Position numbers and translations under genes: made by a program
In this document: positions 50,631 through 63,580 of the stretch, piece after piece
Layout of the letters: each line of letters opens with the position of its first letter
How positions within the stretch are numbered: the first letter of the stretch is position 1
Source of the DNA: Lytechinus pictus
Taxonomy: Eukaryota
Direction: 5' to 3'
Assembly: GCF_037042905.1 (NCBI RefSeq)
Contig: NC_087252.1
Span: 25,360,001 to 25,424,000 of the forward strand
DNA: 64,000 bases
The notes under the pieces: model-generated
The model's database searches: none
The model's input: only the letters and a program-made list of their open reading frames with translations
What the model was told of the DNA's origin: nothing

Positions 50631-51654
50631 CTCATATAAATTATTTATACATGCATACATTTAATAACTGAATCCATTCATACTAATAATAATAGTATTT
50701 TATTACAAGACTGTTCGCAGCAAAGGCTAAATTGTACATAACTTTTACATAAAAACAATATAAAACATAACAGTATCAAAATAGAATTATACAAATACAC
50801 AAAGCATGTAAAATATACATTCATTAATACTTTGGGGGTTAATATGAATCAACAGAATATTTTCAAATATATTTACTGATGTAAAATGCATAGATATTCA
50901 TATTGATCACATAATCATATAAATTCATGACAACATAGTCATACCAAATTACTATTTTCATGGAATGCAGATGCTCGTTTTCTTTGATTTATGCATTACT
51001 CTAATAATACGTATCACAATCGAGAAGATAAATGTTCGATACTCTTAAAGATATGCTAAACAATCACAATTTAGAAATGCAACGAGCCTTTCTCCATTTT
51101 ATCATACATTTTTTTCACAATAATATATGGGACTATAAATAAAAATATTGGCGAACATTATAATACAACTTTGAATCAGAAGAGGGGAAATGTGGTCACT
51201 TATTCGGTATCTTTGTATAGATTTAGTTATTAACTGAAATATGAAAAACGTAGCAAAATTATTTTGAACACAAAAAAGGCTTGTGTACATGTCATAGAGT
51301 TTTTATTTCCTAAAATATTGGAATAGAGAATACATGAAAAGAAAAAATATATTATTTATTTATTGCAAATTTTTATCTTGAGTACCCTGTCAAGCTTTAC
51401 ATGTATATAAAAATATGTCAAATTACACACTATGTACGTACAATTAAAATTTAATTTCCACAGGGCTCTGTATTATTATCTACATTCATAAAACACAAAA
51501 TTCATTACAAAGAGAACCGAACCATTTCATTATACATGTACAAATTATAGCAACAAAATAAACGAAAATAAGACTTTAAGATTCAGAATGAGAAGGCAAA
51601 AAGATAAATAAGAGAGAGAGAGAGTCAAGGAGTTGAAGAAATAAGTTGTATTAT

Positions 51655-51790
51655 CTGGGGCCCGTTGCAGAAAGAGTTGCGATCAAACGCAACTCAAAAA
51701 ATCTTGCCCAACTTGATTTTCAGCCAATGACGCACCCGTATTCGGGACCTACGCCTGCATTTGAAGCAACTCTTTCTGCAACAGACCCAG
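51655..51790. mobile_element. Short palindromic MITE
   Basis: CTGGGGCCCGTTGCAGAAAGAGTTGC ... GCAACTCTTTCTGCAACAGACCCAG. Confidence 0.75.
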
Positions 51791-52229
51791 ACCAATCAAT
51801 CACAATATACAAGTATTCTTATGTATATAATAACAAAGCAATGCACTACAATACAATAAAGTATATGTATACAGCCCAGATCAGTGAAATCAATCGAGCA
51901 GGGCTTAACAGAAATGACAAATAATGTATACAGCATAACAAAATTAATTCAGTTCATTACTTAAAAATGCCAATAATACAAGATTGCTATTGTATTCCAT
52001 GGTATATATGCACAGTGTTTATAACATTTTAAATTGGTGGATGAGGTCCATAAATGAACCAAAATATCAAACGTACGGATTTCAGATGAACTTCAAGTAT
52101 GGATACACCCAATACAAATTGTTGAAAAGAATCTCGATGATGTATTCTTTAAAGAATATTAGACTTATTCCAACTCCGCCCCTTGTTTAGCCATCACGTT
52201 TTTTTCTTTTTTTAATAACTAGGAGAAAT

Positions 52230-52390
52230 CTGGGGCCCGTTGCATATAACTTTTTATCTGAGAAAACTCGGGTTGTTTTTACCGGAGTTTTTGCCCTGTG
52301 TTAAAGTCAATGGCAGAAATCAGACTAACCTAAGTTTTCAGCTTTTACCAGAGTTTTCTCAGGTAAAAAGTTTTATGCAACAGGCCCCAG
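52230..52390. mobile_element. Short palindromic MITE, same termini as 51655 but different interior
   Basis: CTGGGGCCCGTTGCAT ... ATGCAACAGGCCCCAG with ~45-bp arms. Confidence 0.78.
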
Positions 52391-55300
52391 GTATACTAAA
52401 ATGCGATTGATAATTTTCCCGAAACCATGTTTTAGATAAAGGCCTAATACATGTACCAAAAATTAGAACAGGGTTTTCCAAATCATGCATTCTGAATACA
52501 AAACGTTGTAAAAAAGGAATCCCTTGAACATTATTATCCATGTACTCGCAGAATATGTTTATAATAAAATATTTATATTCAATACTTATCATATTCATAT
52601 ATAAAATCGCTATCCAAATCAGCGTACATTCGGAATATATCGTCGGAGCCCTCCATTGCTCTAAACAAATACATATCAACAAAGATATAACGACAAATTC
52701 AAATGTAGATGAAATAGAAAAAAAAATAGAAAATTGCCGACAGCCCATTGAATAAATGCACGAGAAGTCATAATACATACCTATACAGATTGAACACCCA
52801 CATAACAGAGGGAATAACATATAATACAAACTTCATGGACAAAAGTTTTTGAGTTATATGCCTTTAGATGAAAAGAGATGAAATTTATACGAAATGGGAA
52901 AATAGACTGCCAAGAAGAACACTTATAGTCTATACCCCCATAAATCTCTATATCATATCTCATATCAGATTCATTAAGCCATGCATATAATTTCGTTGCT
53001 CGTCTATATTCTACAAATCAAAAGATTTACCTTCATTCCAATATAATTGGCCTGTAAAAAAATATTTTGGTAGAAAATGGTGCGAGCATTGTATCCTAAT
53101 TAACATTTCATTTTTGCTCCCTATATTCTGTTCTTGTTCCAGAAGACATTTCTATGACGATATGAATACCTAGGGAACAGCTTCATGCAAACATTTATTT
53201 AATGTTTTTATATTGCAGTCAATATTTTGTTGCAGTCGAATATATTAAAAATGCGTATAGAGAGATCAATTTGGACTGACACAGCAAACAATATAACTTT
53301 AACAAATGGTACAAAATGAAACAGCAAATGATATATAAAACTACAAATCAATTTACACATTATGTTCAGCACAAGGCAGTACACTTTAATAAATAAATGT
53401 TCAATCATCATTTTCACCTAGACACCAACTGACAATCTGGTAGATGAAGTTTTATCATTACAACCACGAGATCTATATGGCAATGGGGGTTCCATTTCAC
53501 CATCAGATTTATCCGTATCAGACTTAATTTTACAGTATGACTACTTGCAATAGCATGACAGTATCAATATATGGAACAAAAGTACACATAATAATATATA
53601 TATACATGTCGGGTAATGTATTCAAGTAAGATTTATCGTTATTCTTTCTTGTAGAAAGTATTACGAGCACAATAATGATTAACATTTTATAATTTTTTTT
53701 TTAATCGATCAGTCACTTCTATGTTGACAAATTCATCATTTTGTAATTACTTACGCCTTAGTTTATGCAGGGCATATGTTAATAAATTTGCTATCCATAC
53801 CTCAATTTCATGCACATACATAGACAATATTGTTGGTGCACAAGCAAGAAAATTATATCTTTGGAAAAGGGGGAATCACAAAATACGAATAGCTGCTAAT
53901 TTATGTGTGGAACTCTGTTATGATATTAACTCTTCAAAATAAGTGGATACATAGTTATTACAAGTATTTCCTCGGCTCTGTAGGCGGCCATACGTGTATT
54001 CTAAATACAATTATCATAGACAATTTGTTCACTCATAATGACGAGCTTGTGGGTCTGACGCAGAATGCTCAAGGTCAGTTGGAGAGAGAGAAGGAAATAA
54101 ATGCATGGGTTCGAGAGAGAATCGGAATCCCGGTAGCAGGCTTTGTCGGTGGAGGTCACGGTGGATGCTCTATTATCTCTATTATCTTCGGTATGCCACT
54201 GAATATATATCGTTCGGAGGGCCCATAGTGACATCCCGATCTTCCTTTCTGATCAAAGAGGGTACAAAAAAGTTATTGCAAGTTTGCAAATAAAAAGCTT
54301 CTGAGCAAGTGTTTGCTTCAGAAAGTTATTGCAACATGTAAATATTGCCAACAGAACACCCAAAGGGTAAAGGCGTTTCTTATTTTCTCCATGACCATTC
54401 GTGTTTCGCATTTCAAGAAGAGCCTCAAAATCAAAGTCACTTCCATCATCGCTTTTTAGTGGGATCCTCCATTTTCACAAATAATACATCACAAATCCTT
54501 TACACATGATTATTTTGTATGTTACTTTCTTATATCGTGTCTTTTTCAAGTTGATTTAATGACCTTGGTATATTTTTTTATGATGCTGACTTGTTATGAT
54601 TGTATTTCTTTGATTTATATTTTGTTGAAAATGAAATGAATGAAATGGGAAAAAAAATGAATTTGATGTCTTAAATAGGAAATGTACGATATTTGCTTTC
54701 ATTTAATGCAAAAAAAATTAGATGTAATAATGTAATGCCCAAAACAAATCACCACTGGAATGAAATAAAATAATAATAGGCTTTCACTTTTTCACTTTAA
54801 AATAAAATATGTGAATTGTGTATATTTGTTTAATTTGTGAGTAATTTTATTGTAATTATTTGACATGCCTAATGACTTGTTAAAGGCCTACCCTGCTGTG
54901 TCCCTCTTTTTACTTTCACTTTTACCTGCACCACTTCGCCTTCTCTCTCTCTCTCTCCATATATTCTTTCTTTGCCCCTCTATTGTAGTTTTATTATTAT
55001 ATTTCCTATTTTGGTCCCTCAGCTCTACTGTGTGATACTTTATGTTGCATTTTTGAATTGTCTTCGGTCATCTCCATCAGCTTACATACCTCTTATGTTT
55101 TGCTATGTATAAACATTGAAACTAAGTTTCAGGGCTTGCCCCTCATACAGGCATACAGCTTTTCTTGGATTTCTGTGTTTTCGGTACTTTTTTGGACAAG
55201 GCAGTTCGATCTATTGAGCAAAGTTCAAATTTTGTTCTCTCTTCTATTTTGTTATCAATTTTCATGATTGACATGCTTTGTGATCCATTTCACTATGTAC

Positions 55301-56612
55301 AGAAAAATCAATAAATATAGTACAAAATATTTATTATGATAACTTTCAATCCCTCTCTGCGTAGTACTTATGAAAACAAGTCGTTTACATCGATAACACA
55401 ATATTCTTACTTTTATCGAATTTAGTACTTATCCAAATCGTATAATAATAGCAAATTTGTATTTCATTAACTCAAATACAGTACATAAATCATGAATTAA
55501 TGAGTTTCCAAGAATTTCGTTAACATAACCAAATACATATTAAAAAACTTCAGATCAGATTATTTCAATGAACTACATTGACTCTATGATACAATATTCA
55601 TAAAATGCAAATAAAAAGCTTGCAATCAGCTGCGTCAATTGATATACGCACGCCCTTACACACACACTTACCCGCACACACCCTCTCACACACATACTCC
55701 CATAAACACAACGAATCAATAACATTTGATCTTACACACACTCAGACACATCCTCATCCGTGCATGTTCGCACACTCCTTCTCAGCTACAAACGTCATAT
55801 TAAACTCATCTTGTTTATCTTTCTCTCATTCTATCTGTGTCTTTCCCTATGCTAGTAAGCAAATGAGCAAGATATTCCTGCACAATCTCGTGAATTGTGA
55901 GACTTCAAATCTGAAAGAATTTAACCACTTTTTACTCAAATAAAATTGATTATTCTTGTACCATAGGAAAGGGTAAATGTTACTCCTTTATATTGGTCGT
56001 TTCTTTTTTATAAAATCATTTGATAAGTGATTTTCAGGTGTGAATAGATGCCTCAAATGAAATTTTCTTCCTCTGTATGTTGCACCTTTTAGAAGGGTCA
56101 GCACACATCTTTTTCCATCAAGAGTAGCATAAAATCCAGAGTTCTGATTGGGTGAATAATATTATCAAAACAACAGACGCGGGTAATTCGAAGAGGTAAC
56201 CACATTGCGAGTGTGACCTTGCAGATGCCCAGTGTGGAAACGTCGGAATTTGCGTGGGTGGGTGGTCTCTTTGACCAATCAGAGTGAAGTATTCTTTCTT
56301 TATAAGCTGCTAAATGAACTTTGGCCTATGAAAAGCTGACTGCTGACCCATCTAAACACATCTTCTTATAAAACCTATATCATATTAAAGCTTAGATCTT
56401 CAGCTTTATCATAATTCTAAGATCATCGAGGCTCGCACAGAAATTGAGTACATAACAACAATTTTGGTTGCATGAAAATAGTGCAAACACCCTCCGATCG
56501 TGAATATCACTCGGATAAAATTAGCTACTCTTTTTGAGGACCTGCCAACTGACTGCCTCTATCTAATCCTCCATTGAAAAACATAGTTCATAGTTCACAA
56601 AAATCCATTAAA

Positions 56613-56906
56613 TCATTCACCAAATAGTTCAGCAGCGAGATGGATTTGATCAGCCTTTTCTAGAGCAGTCTGCAAGGCTTCTAGCTCTGTATTCTTTGTT
56701 TGATTCTTTCTCCACCTACGGAGCATTGAAAGAGTTCCCATATACGACACTCCTGTCTCTCTCTTGTTCTCCTCAACGTAACGGTCAATATCCTCTGGTC
56801 CGAAGCCAAGGGCCATTCCCAGATCATATATCTCTTTACGTGAGACAACTTTATCTGCAATGGTTTTTAAGATGTCATCAAAGTCCTTCCCTCGAGCAGG
56901 ATTCAT
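56613..56906 (-). CDS. Death-domain-encoding exon/ORF (97 aa)
   Basis: LGMALGF..DID.Y...MLRRW...L.TALEK....LA.EL pattern of the six-helix death fold. ATG lies 1 nt after a CTAG acceptor, and there is a possible G|GTGAAT donor just before the stop. Confidence 0.8.
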   Translation of the reverse strand: MNPARGKDFDDILKTIADKVVSRKEIYDLGMALGFGPEDIDRYVEENKRETGVSYMGTLSMLRRWRKNQTKNTELEALQTALEKADQIHLAAELFGE

Positions 56907-57730
56907 CCTAGATTATTTATTTGATAAATGATTACAGAGTGTGAATTCTCATAACAGTGCTGATTTCCTCTATTACGGCCTTTCAGCTCCCAAATTATCT
57001 CCAATCATTTTTTTTACTTTCTAAAAGTCAATTCCACCCAAGAAAATATTGATTTGAATCAATAGAGAAAAATCGAAACAGGCATAATGCTGTATATTTC
57101 ACCAAAATCACTCTTTATTTTTTGTTTGTTAATGTTTAAATTGTACAATATTTCATTCTTTACAAGTTTCACAATGGGGACCAACTGTACTAAACCATGT
57201 AATATTTAAACAATGGTAATGACATGTTCAGGGAGGAGTTTAAAAATGAGGAGAAATTAGAATGTCCCGTACTTCATATAATGAAAAAGAAAATAAAGAG
57301 TGAGTGGGTGACGTCATAAGTTTCCTAATTTGCATACCGAACAGTGTGTGCATATAACTGTTTTATAAAATTATGCGATTCTTTAAAATGTCATAACTTT
57401 TTATTTTACACTCTTTCTAATGATTTGGATGCGTCATGGTTGTGAGATTCTTTTTCTTTTTTATTTATATCAGCTTCTTTGTCTGGGTGAACTTTTTTGT
57501 GTGTACACGTTTTTACCCTCGAAAATGTTGATAATTCATATTTTTTCTTATCTTTCCGGGTTATGCTCGTGTTATAATTGAACTATTCTTGTCATCTAAA
57601 AAGGAAATAAATGCAATTAAAGATCATCCGAAAGCTATGAATTACTTAAATTGCATTCCTTTCCATTTTCATTTTCAATAATTTACATGGAGAAGAAAAT
57701 CCCCATCCCTCCTTCAAAGTTATACAGTGT

Positions 57731-58030
57731 GGAGCGTTGTGGCCCAGTGGATTAGTCTCCGGACTTCGAAACAGAGGTTCGTGGGTTCGAATCCCAGCCA
57801 TGGCGTAATTTCCTTTGGCAAGATATTTATTCACATTGTGCTGCACTCGACCCAGGTAAGGTGAATGGGTACCCGGTAGGATTTATTCCTTGAACGGTTT
57901 AGCGCCTATAAATATGGCGGCTTAGCTACAGCCGGGGTAATAATATGATACCAAGTATCAAAGCGCAGTTGAGTATATGCACGTAGTAACTGCGCTATAA
58001 ATATGGACATGTTTTTATTATTATTTTTAT
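57731..58030 (+). mobile_element. tRNA(Arg)-derived SINE (SURF1-like), second copy
   Basis: A box TGGCCCAGTGG, anticodon-like CTTCGAA, B box GGTTCGAATCC, conserved core and TTA-rich tail. Confidence 0.88.
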
Positions 58031-58121
58031 AAGGGAGGTTCGATTTTGATATCTTAACATGACCTGCAAACAATTAGCAATGATAAAATTATTAGAAGTA
58101 TATTAAATGATCGTAACTTAC

Positions 58122-58186
58122 CCTAAGGTTCCCTCTCTTCTTCGAATTCTCTTCTTCGTCTATAAACGTGTTGCACTGTTCTACTT
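58122..58186 (-). other. Exon-like segment upstream of the death-domain exon
   Basis: TTTTTTTTAG acceptor and AGG|GTAAGT donor. One open frame (EVEQCNTFIDEEENSKKRGNLR), which does not phase with the death-domain exon. Confidence 0.5.
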
Positions 58187-58637
58187 CTAAAAAAAATACC
58201 GAAATGTAATTATGACATCCATTATTTCATTATACTATACATGTAGTTCAATTTAATTCAAAATTTTCCCCTAAAGATTAAGCATTAATACATTTAAAAA
58301 AGAAATAATATAACGAAGGTGACAGCTCTGAAAGCATGTATTGTTTTCCTTGCAAACCACCTACCAATAAACCATGAATGCAAAAGTGGCCTTTTATACC
58401 AATTATTTACTTTATTACACTTAAATAGGTCAAAAGGCAATGGTTTGTAAGTAAAAATTAGTACATGACGAATTTATATAAATTGTGTTAAATATTGCTC
58501 ATGATCTTGAAGTTGAAAATTGAAATAGAATTATGTGAAATTTTTTATTACATTCTGGATGGAAATCAACTTACCTACATCGAGGATTACAAAAAAATAA
58601 AATCGTAAACATGTTTTCGATATTTCGACATTTATAT

Positions 58638-61600
58638 AAGATACGACCAAAAATACCCTTACCCTGAAAAATTGCAACAAATGATTTTTAACGGTTTTTG
58701 TACAATTTTACCTCGGAAATAACATACTAAAAATCTACCAAAATCCGCATCCGGGAAAGTGGTTATTTTCAAGAAGGCGTATAGAAGATGGCCGCCATTC
58801 ACTGAAAAGTGATACAACTGACTCATTATCCACCCTAGAATCCTATTTCGGTTCACATTCCATGGTCTAGGTGGTAGAAAAATTGTTGATACAGGCTAGA
58901 GTGAATTAAAAGCCCTCCAGTGCACCTGGCAAATCCAAGATGGCGCCCAAAATGGCTGCCGTAGGCTGAAAATTCACAACTCATCTAAGTGGCTTTCATT
59001 TGGTTTTAATTCAATGATTTTAACGGTGAGGTAGTACATTAGAACAAGTTACAAGGACAGCCAGTGGTCTTGTGTGTCCAGAAATCCAAAATGGCTTCCA
59101 AAAATGGAGTTTAAAATGGCTGTTGATAATAAAAATGGACATAGTTCATTTCATATCCGCCTGGGAAATAATGATTTTGGTGCCTAGGCCATGTTCTAAA
59201 TGGTCAAATAAGACATTGGGACAAGTTACAAGGACAGTCAGTGGTCAAGTATGTTAGAAAATCCAAGATGGCTTCAAAAAATGAAGTATAAAATTGCTGT
59301 TGCTACTTTAAAAAAACCCGACATAGTTTGCTCAATATCCGGAAATATGATGTTTGTGTCTATACCATGGTTAAAATAATACATTGGGACAAGCTACAAG
59401 GAAAGTCAGTGGTCTGGTATGTGCAAAAATCCGCGATAGATTCCAAAAATTTATTCTGAAATGGCTGCTATTACTTAAAGCGGACATACTGTAGCTCAAT
59501 TCATTTTGGCCTGGGAGATTTTTTTTGTCAAAGTTTCAAGGGTCAAATAATATAGAAATATAAGTTACAAGGACAGTCAGTGATATGATATGTCCAAAAA
59601 TCGAAGATGGCTTCCAAAAATTGATCTTGAAATAGGTTGCTGATACTAAATAGGACAAAGCTCATTTCATATCGGTCAGGAAGAGGTGATTTTGATGTGT
59701 AAACCACTGGTTTCAAGGGTCAATTAATACATTAGAGTAAGTTACAAGGACAGTCAGTGGCCTGGTTTGTCAAAAAATCTAAGTTTGCTTCCAAAAATTG
59801 ATTCTAAATTGACTGCTGTTACTTAAAGCGCACATAGCTTATTTCATATCGGCCTGGGATATGCGATTCTGGTGTCTAAACCACTGTTTTCAAGGGTCAA
59901 AATAATACATTTGGACAAATTTTAAGGACAGTCAGTATTCTGGTAGGCCAAAAATCCAATATGGCTTCCAAAATTGATTCTAAAATGGCTGCTGACACTT
60001 GAAAGTGGCATAGCTCACTTTATATCCGCCTGTGATATATATGATTTCGGGGTCTAAACTATGGTTTCAAGGGTCAAATTATACATTAGGACAAGTTACA
60101 ATGACAGTCAGTGATCTAGTATGTCCAAAATTCCAAGATGGCTTCCAAAACTGGAGTAAAATCATGTCTGATGTTACTTATAAAGGACCTAGTCTGTTTA
60201 ATATCTGTCTGGGGAATGAGTTTGGTGTCTAAACCATGGTTTAAAGGGTCAAGTAATACACTAGGGTAAGTTACAAGACCAGTCAGCTGTCTGTATGTTA
60301 AACAAATTCCAGATGACTTAAGAAATGGTTTGTAAATTGACTGTTGTTACTTAAAAGTATACATAGTTTAATAGAAATACACATTGGAGGTATGATTTGT
60401 CATCTACACTAGAGTTTAAATGGTCAAGTAATACATTGGGTTAAGTTGAAAGGACAGTCAGGCGTCAGGTATGTCCAAAAAATCGAAGATGGCTTTAAAA
60501 ATGGGGGGTTTAAATAACTGTTTTTACTTAAAAGTGGATATAGAATATTCCAAATATACCTTGGGGATATTATTTTGGTGTCTACACTAGGGTTTCAAGG
60601 GTAAAGGAATACTTTGGGACTGGTTACAATGATATGCAGTTATCTATTTTGCCTTAAAATCCCAGTTGGCTTCAAAAATGGGTTAAAATGACTGCTGTTA
60701 CTTGGACAGATGGGCAGACTTTATACAATATTCACCTGTGAGAAATAATCTTGGTGCCTACACTTAAATGCATGGGATAAGTTATATTGTTTCATGAGTT
60801 GGTAACAGCACGCATTTTTATGAAATATTAGAATCCGCCATGGATTTTTTTTTGACAAAATGGAATACTTACCCTCCTTGTTACTTGTCCGAATGTATTA
60901 TTTGACCCTTCATAACACAATTTAGACACTAACACTATTTCTTACAGATAGATGTTATAGAACTCTGACCATTATTGAGTGATATGAGTCGTTTTAGATG
61001 CCTTTTTGAAAGGCAAACTGGACAACTGCATATTAATGTAACCAGCCAAACGTATTATTTTAACAATGAAACCATAGTGTGAACACAAAAGTCATGTCTC
61101 CTTGGTGGATTTTAAATGAGCTATGTCCATTTTTAAATAGCAGCAGTCATTTTAAACTCCGATTTTTTGGAAACCATTTTGGAATTTCGACTTTATACTG
61201 GACCACTGACAGTCCTTGTAACTAATTTTCTGACTTTTGAAACGGTATAGTATGAAAATTGAATAGACATCAAAATCATATTCCCTTGACAGATATTACA
61301 TGAACTATGTCAATTTGTAAATACCAGCGGCTAATTCATATTATTTTTAAGCCCCTGTGGACTTTTGGACATACTTGACCACCCATCGTCCTTATAACCT
61401 ATGTATTATTTGACCCATTTAACCATGGTATAGGCACACAAATCATATTCCCGGATATTGAACAAACTATCAAACTATGTTTGTTTTTAAGTATTAACAG
61501 CAATTTTAAACTCAATTTTTGAAGGCCATCGTGGATTTTTGGACACACCAGACCACCGATAGTCCTTGTAACTTGTCCCGATATGCTACTTCACCATCAA

Positions 61601-61994
61601 AACCATTGAATAAAAACAAAATTAAAGCCACTTAAGTAAGTGATAGATGAATTTTTCATTTTTTTGCCTACGGCAGCCATTTTTGGGCGCCATCTTGGAT
61701 TTTCTAGTACCCGGAGTGCTTATACTCACTCTAACTTGTATCAATAAATATGTTTACCCACTGGACCATGGAATATGAACCCAAATAAAATTCTAGTGTG
61801 GATAATGAGTGAGTTATATCCATTTTCAGTGAATGGCGGCCATCTTGGACGCCATCTTGAAAATAACTACTTTCCTATATGCGGATTTTAGTAGATTTTT
61901 AGTATGTTATTCCTGAGGTCAAATACTGCCAGAAACAGTTGGAAAATCATTTGTTGCAATTTGTTCCGGGTCAAACCATATATTGACCCGTCTA
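58638..61994. mobile_element. 3.4-kb Academ-like non-autonomous element with long TIRs and internal ~175-bp tandem arrays
   Basis: ~400-bp imperfect inverted ends containing AAGATGGCCGCC, right end ...CCCGTCTA, TAT on both flanks, about 10 forward and 5 reverse repeat units. Confidence 0.8.
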
Positions 61995-62000
61995 TATATG

Positions 62001-62471
62001 CCGCGGGCGAGACAAAAAACGGGGGACTTGGAGCGGGCTTATTGTAGAAAGGAGGGTCCACGGAACTACAAATGTTTGTGAAAACGGGGGTCCTTGGAAA
62101 GGGTCGCCTACGTGTGAGTGCGTATGCTATGGAACGTGCATGCAGCTAGCCCGGCGGCACAGGCGCCGCGTGCGCTAGCGCACAGGCGATGCTTGGACAG
62201 CGCTCTGCGGCCGCCTTTCACCAAAATTGCCGCTCATTGTAGCAGATCAATGCGGTCGGAACGGCGTAAAGGAAAATATGCGAAGCTTTGGAACGGATTT
62301 CTTTCTTATTTTTTCTCGATAAGAAGAAAATGCTATGCTTTGGAGCAGCTTTCTTTGTTCTTTTTCTCAAAAAGACAAAAATGCAATGCCTTGGAACGGA
62401 AATTCGAGTGTAAAAATGGGGGTCCCCTCCGCGGCACATACCCACTATGCATTGAGTGTCCCCTCCGGGGG
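62001..62471. mobile_element. Fragment of a GC-rich CCGGGG-ended repeat
   Basis: Repeated GGGGTC/TTGGAACGG motifs ending GAGTGTCCCCTCCGGGG. Left end not found. Confidence 0.45.
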
Positions 62472-63018
62472 TGAACTAAACTGATGGGAAAAGGGTCGAC
62501 AGAACGTTTAGCCTCCCTCGTATAGGTACGCCCCCACCCCCCCCCCTCCTGTTGAGATTGAGACTGATTGCTATGTACGCATTAGGTGCAGAGCGGACTG
62601 TCAATTTGATAATAAGTTCTGAAAATTAGGTTATCAACTTTTACCTATCAATCATTCAATCAACAATCTGTTAGTAAATCAACTCAATCAATGTGATCAA
62701 TCAAATATTCACCTTTTTCAATGAATTATCAATCAAACATTCAGCCTTTTCAATAAATCATTTCATAAATCATCATAATTAGTCAAGTTCTTAATAATCG
62801 TTCAATGGAAAAGAAAGACCCGTCAACCATAAGTCACTTGGCATTTAAGTTTTAAATATCATCCAGGAGAAAAAAGGGGTGGAGGACGGGGGTGAGTACA
62901 TGACATGTAATTTGTAAGAGAACACAAAGAAGAATTCCCCTTTAAACCAGTCTTACCCTATTTCACCCCCTTGCATGTAACAGGTACCATCATATCACTC
63001 TGACTCTCACAAGCACAC

Positions 63019-63580
63019 TTGCTAAGATTCACATAATAAACTAAAAATGCTATAATAAAATTACAATTTTTGTTTACTCATGCATTACATTTCAATTTAG
63101 TACCTCATGAAATTTGCTTAAGAAACCAAAACTGATCTCAATTCATCAGTAATTTAGCATAACACCCTTAACACCCAACAAGTTCCAAAGAACTCACCTC
63201 TAAAAAAACCTGGAAGGCTACTTTCTGCTCACCCTAGCAAACGCTAGTCTCTCAGGAGGGGTGAAAGGGGTAGAGAGAGAGGGGGGATTAAGTGTTATGT
63301 TGACCCATATCCCGTCAACCTACTTCCCCCACCTAAGTCCTATCCCTATTCTGACTTCCATGAATACATTGCTGAGATCCACTTTAAAAGTGAAACATTT
63401 TTTTTTATATTCACTTATGCATTAAATTTCAATATAATAATTCTTGAAATTTGCTCTAAAAACCTAAATTGATAATGCTTGATCATTGATTTATCAAATA
63501 CCCTCAACTTTGCAAGTTCCAAGGGACTCGCATCTCAAAAACTGAAAGAAATTGGAAGGCTAATTCCTGCCCACCCTAAT
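63019..63580. repeat. Old direct duplication, ~350-bp offset
   Basis: TTGCT.AGAT.CAC, TGAAATTTGCT, CAAGTTCCAA and TGGAAGGCTA..CTGC.CACCCTA occur in the same order at 63019-63240 and 63369-63580. Confidence 0.7.

Larger units (their letters stand above)
50699..54248 (-). other. Probable terminal exon with a ~3.5-kb 3'UTR; reading frame unresolved
   Basis: CTCTTTGATCAG acceptor at 54249, a GC-richer first ~200 nt, then a long T-rich - strand ending at AATAAA (50699-50704). Confidence 0.4.

Noticed and set aside
54182..54248. ITIM-like tail KEDRDVTMGPPNDIYSVAYRR*
   Set aside because: The frame is unknown and the residues at -2 and +3 do not fit the ITIM consensus.
57731..57805. tRNA-Arg(TCG) gene
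   Set aside because: It continues into a SINE body and tail, and a diverged copy lies at 648-934.
59040..61600. CRISPR-like repeat/spacer array
   Set aside because: The whole ~175-bp unit is homologous with no unique spacers, there are no cas genes, and the context is eukaryotic.
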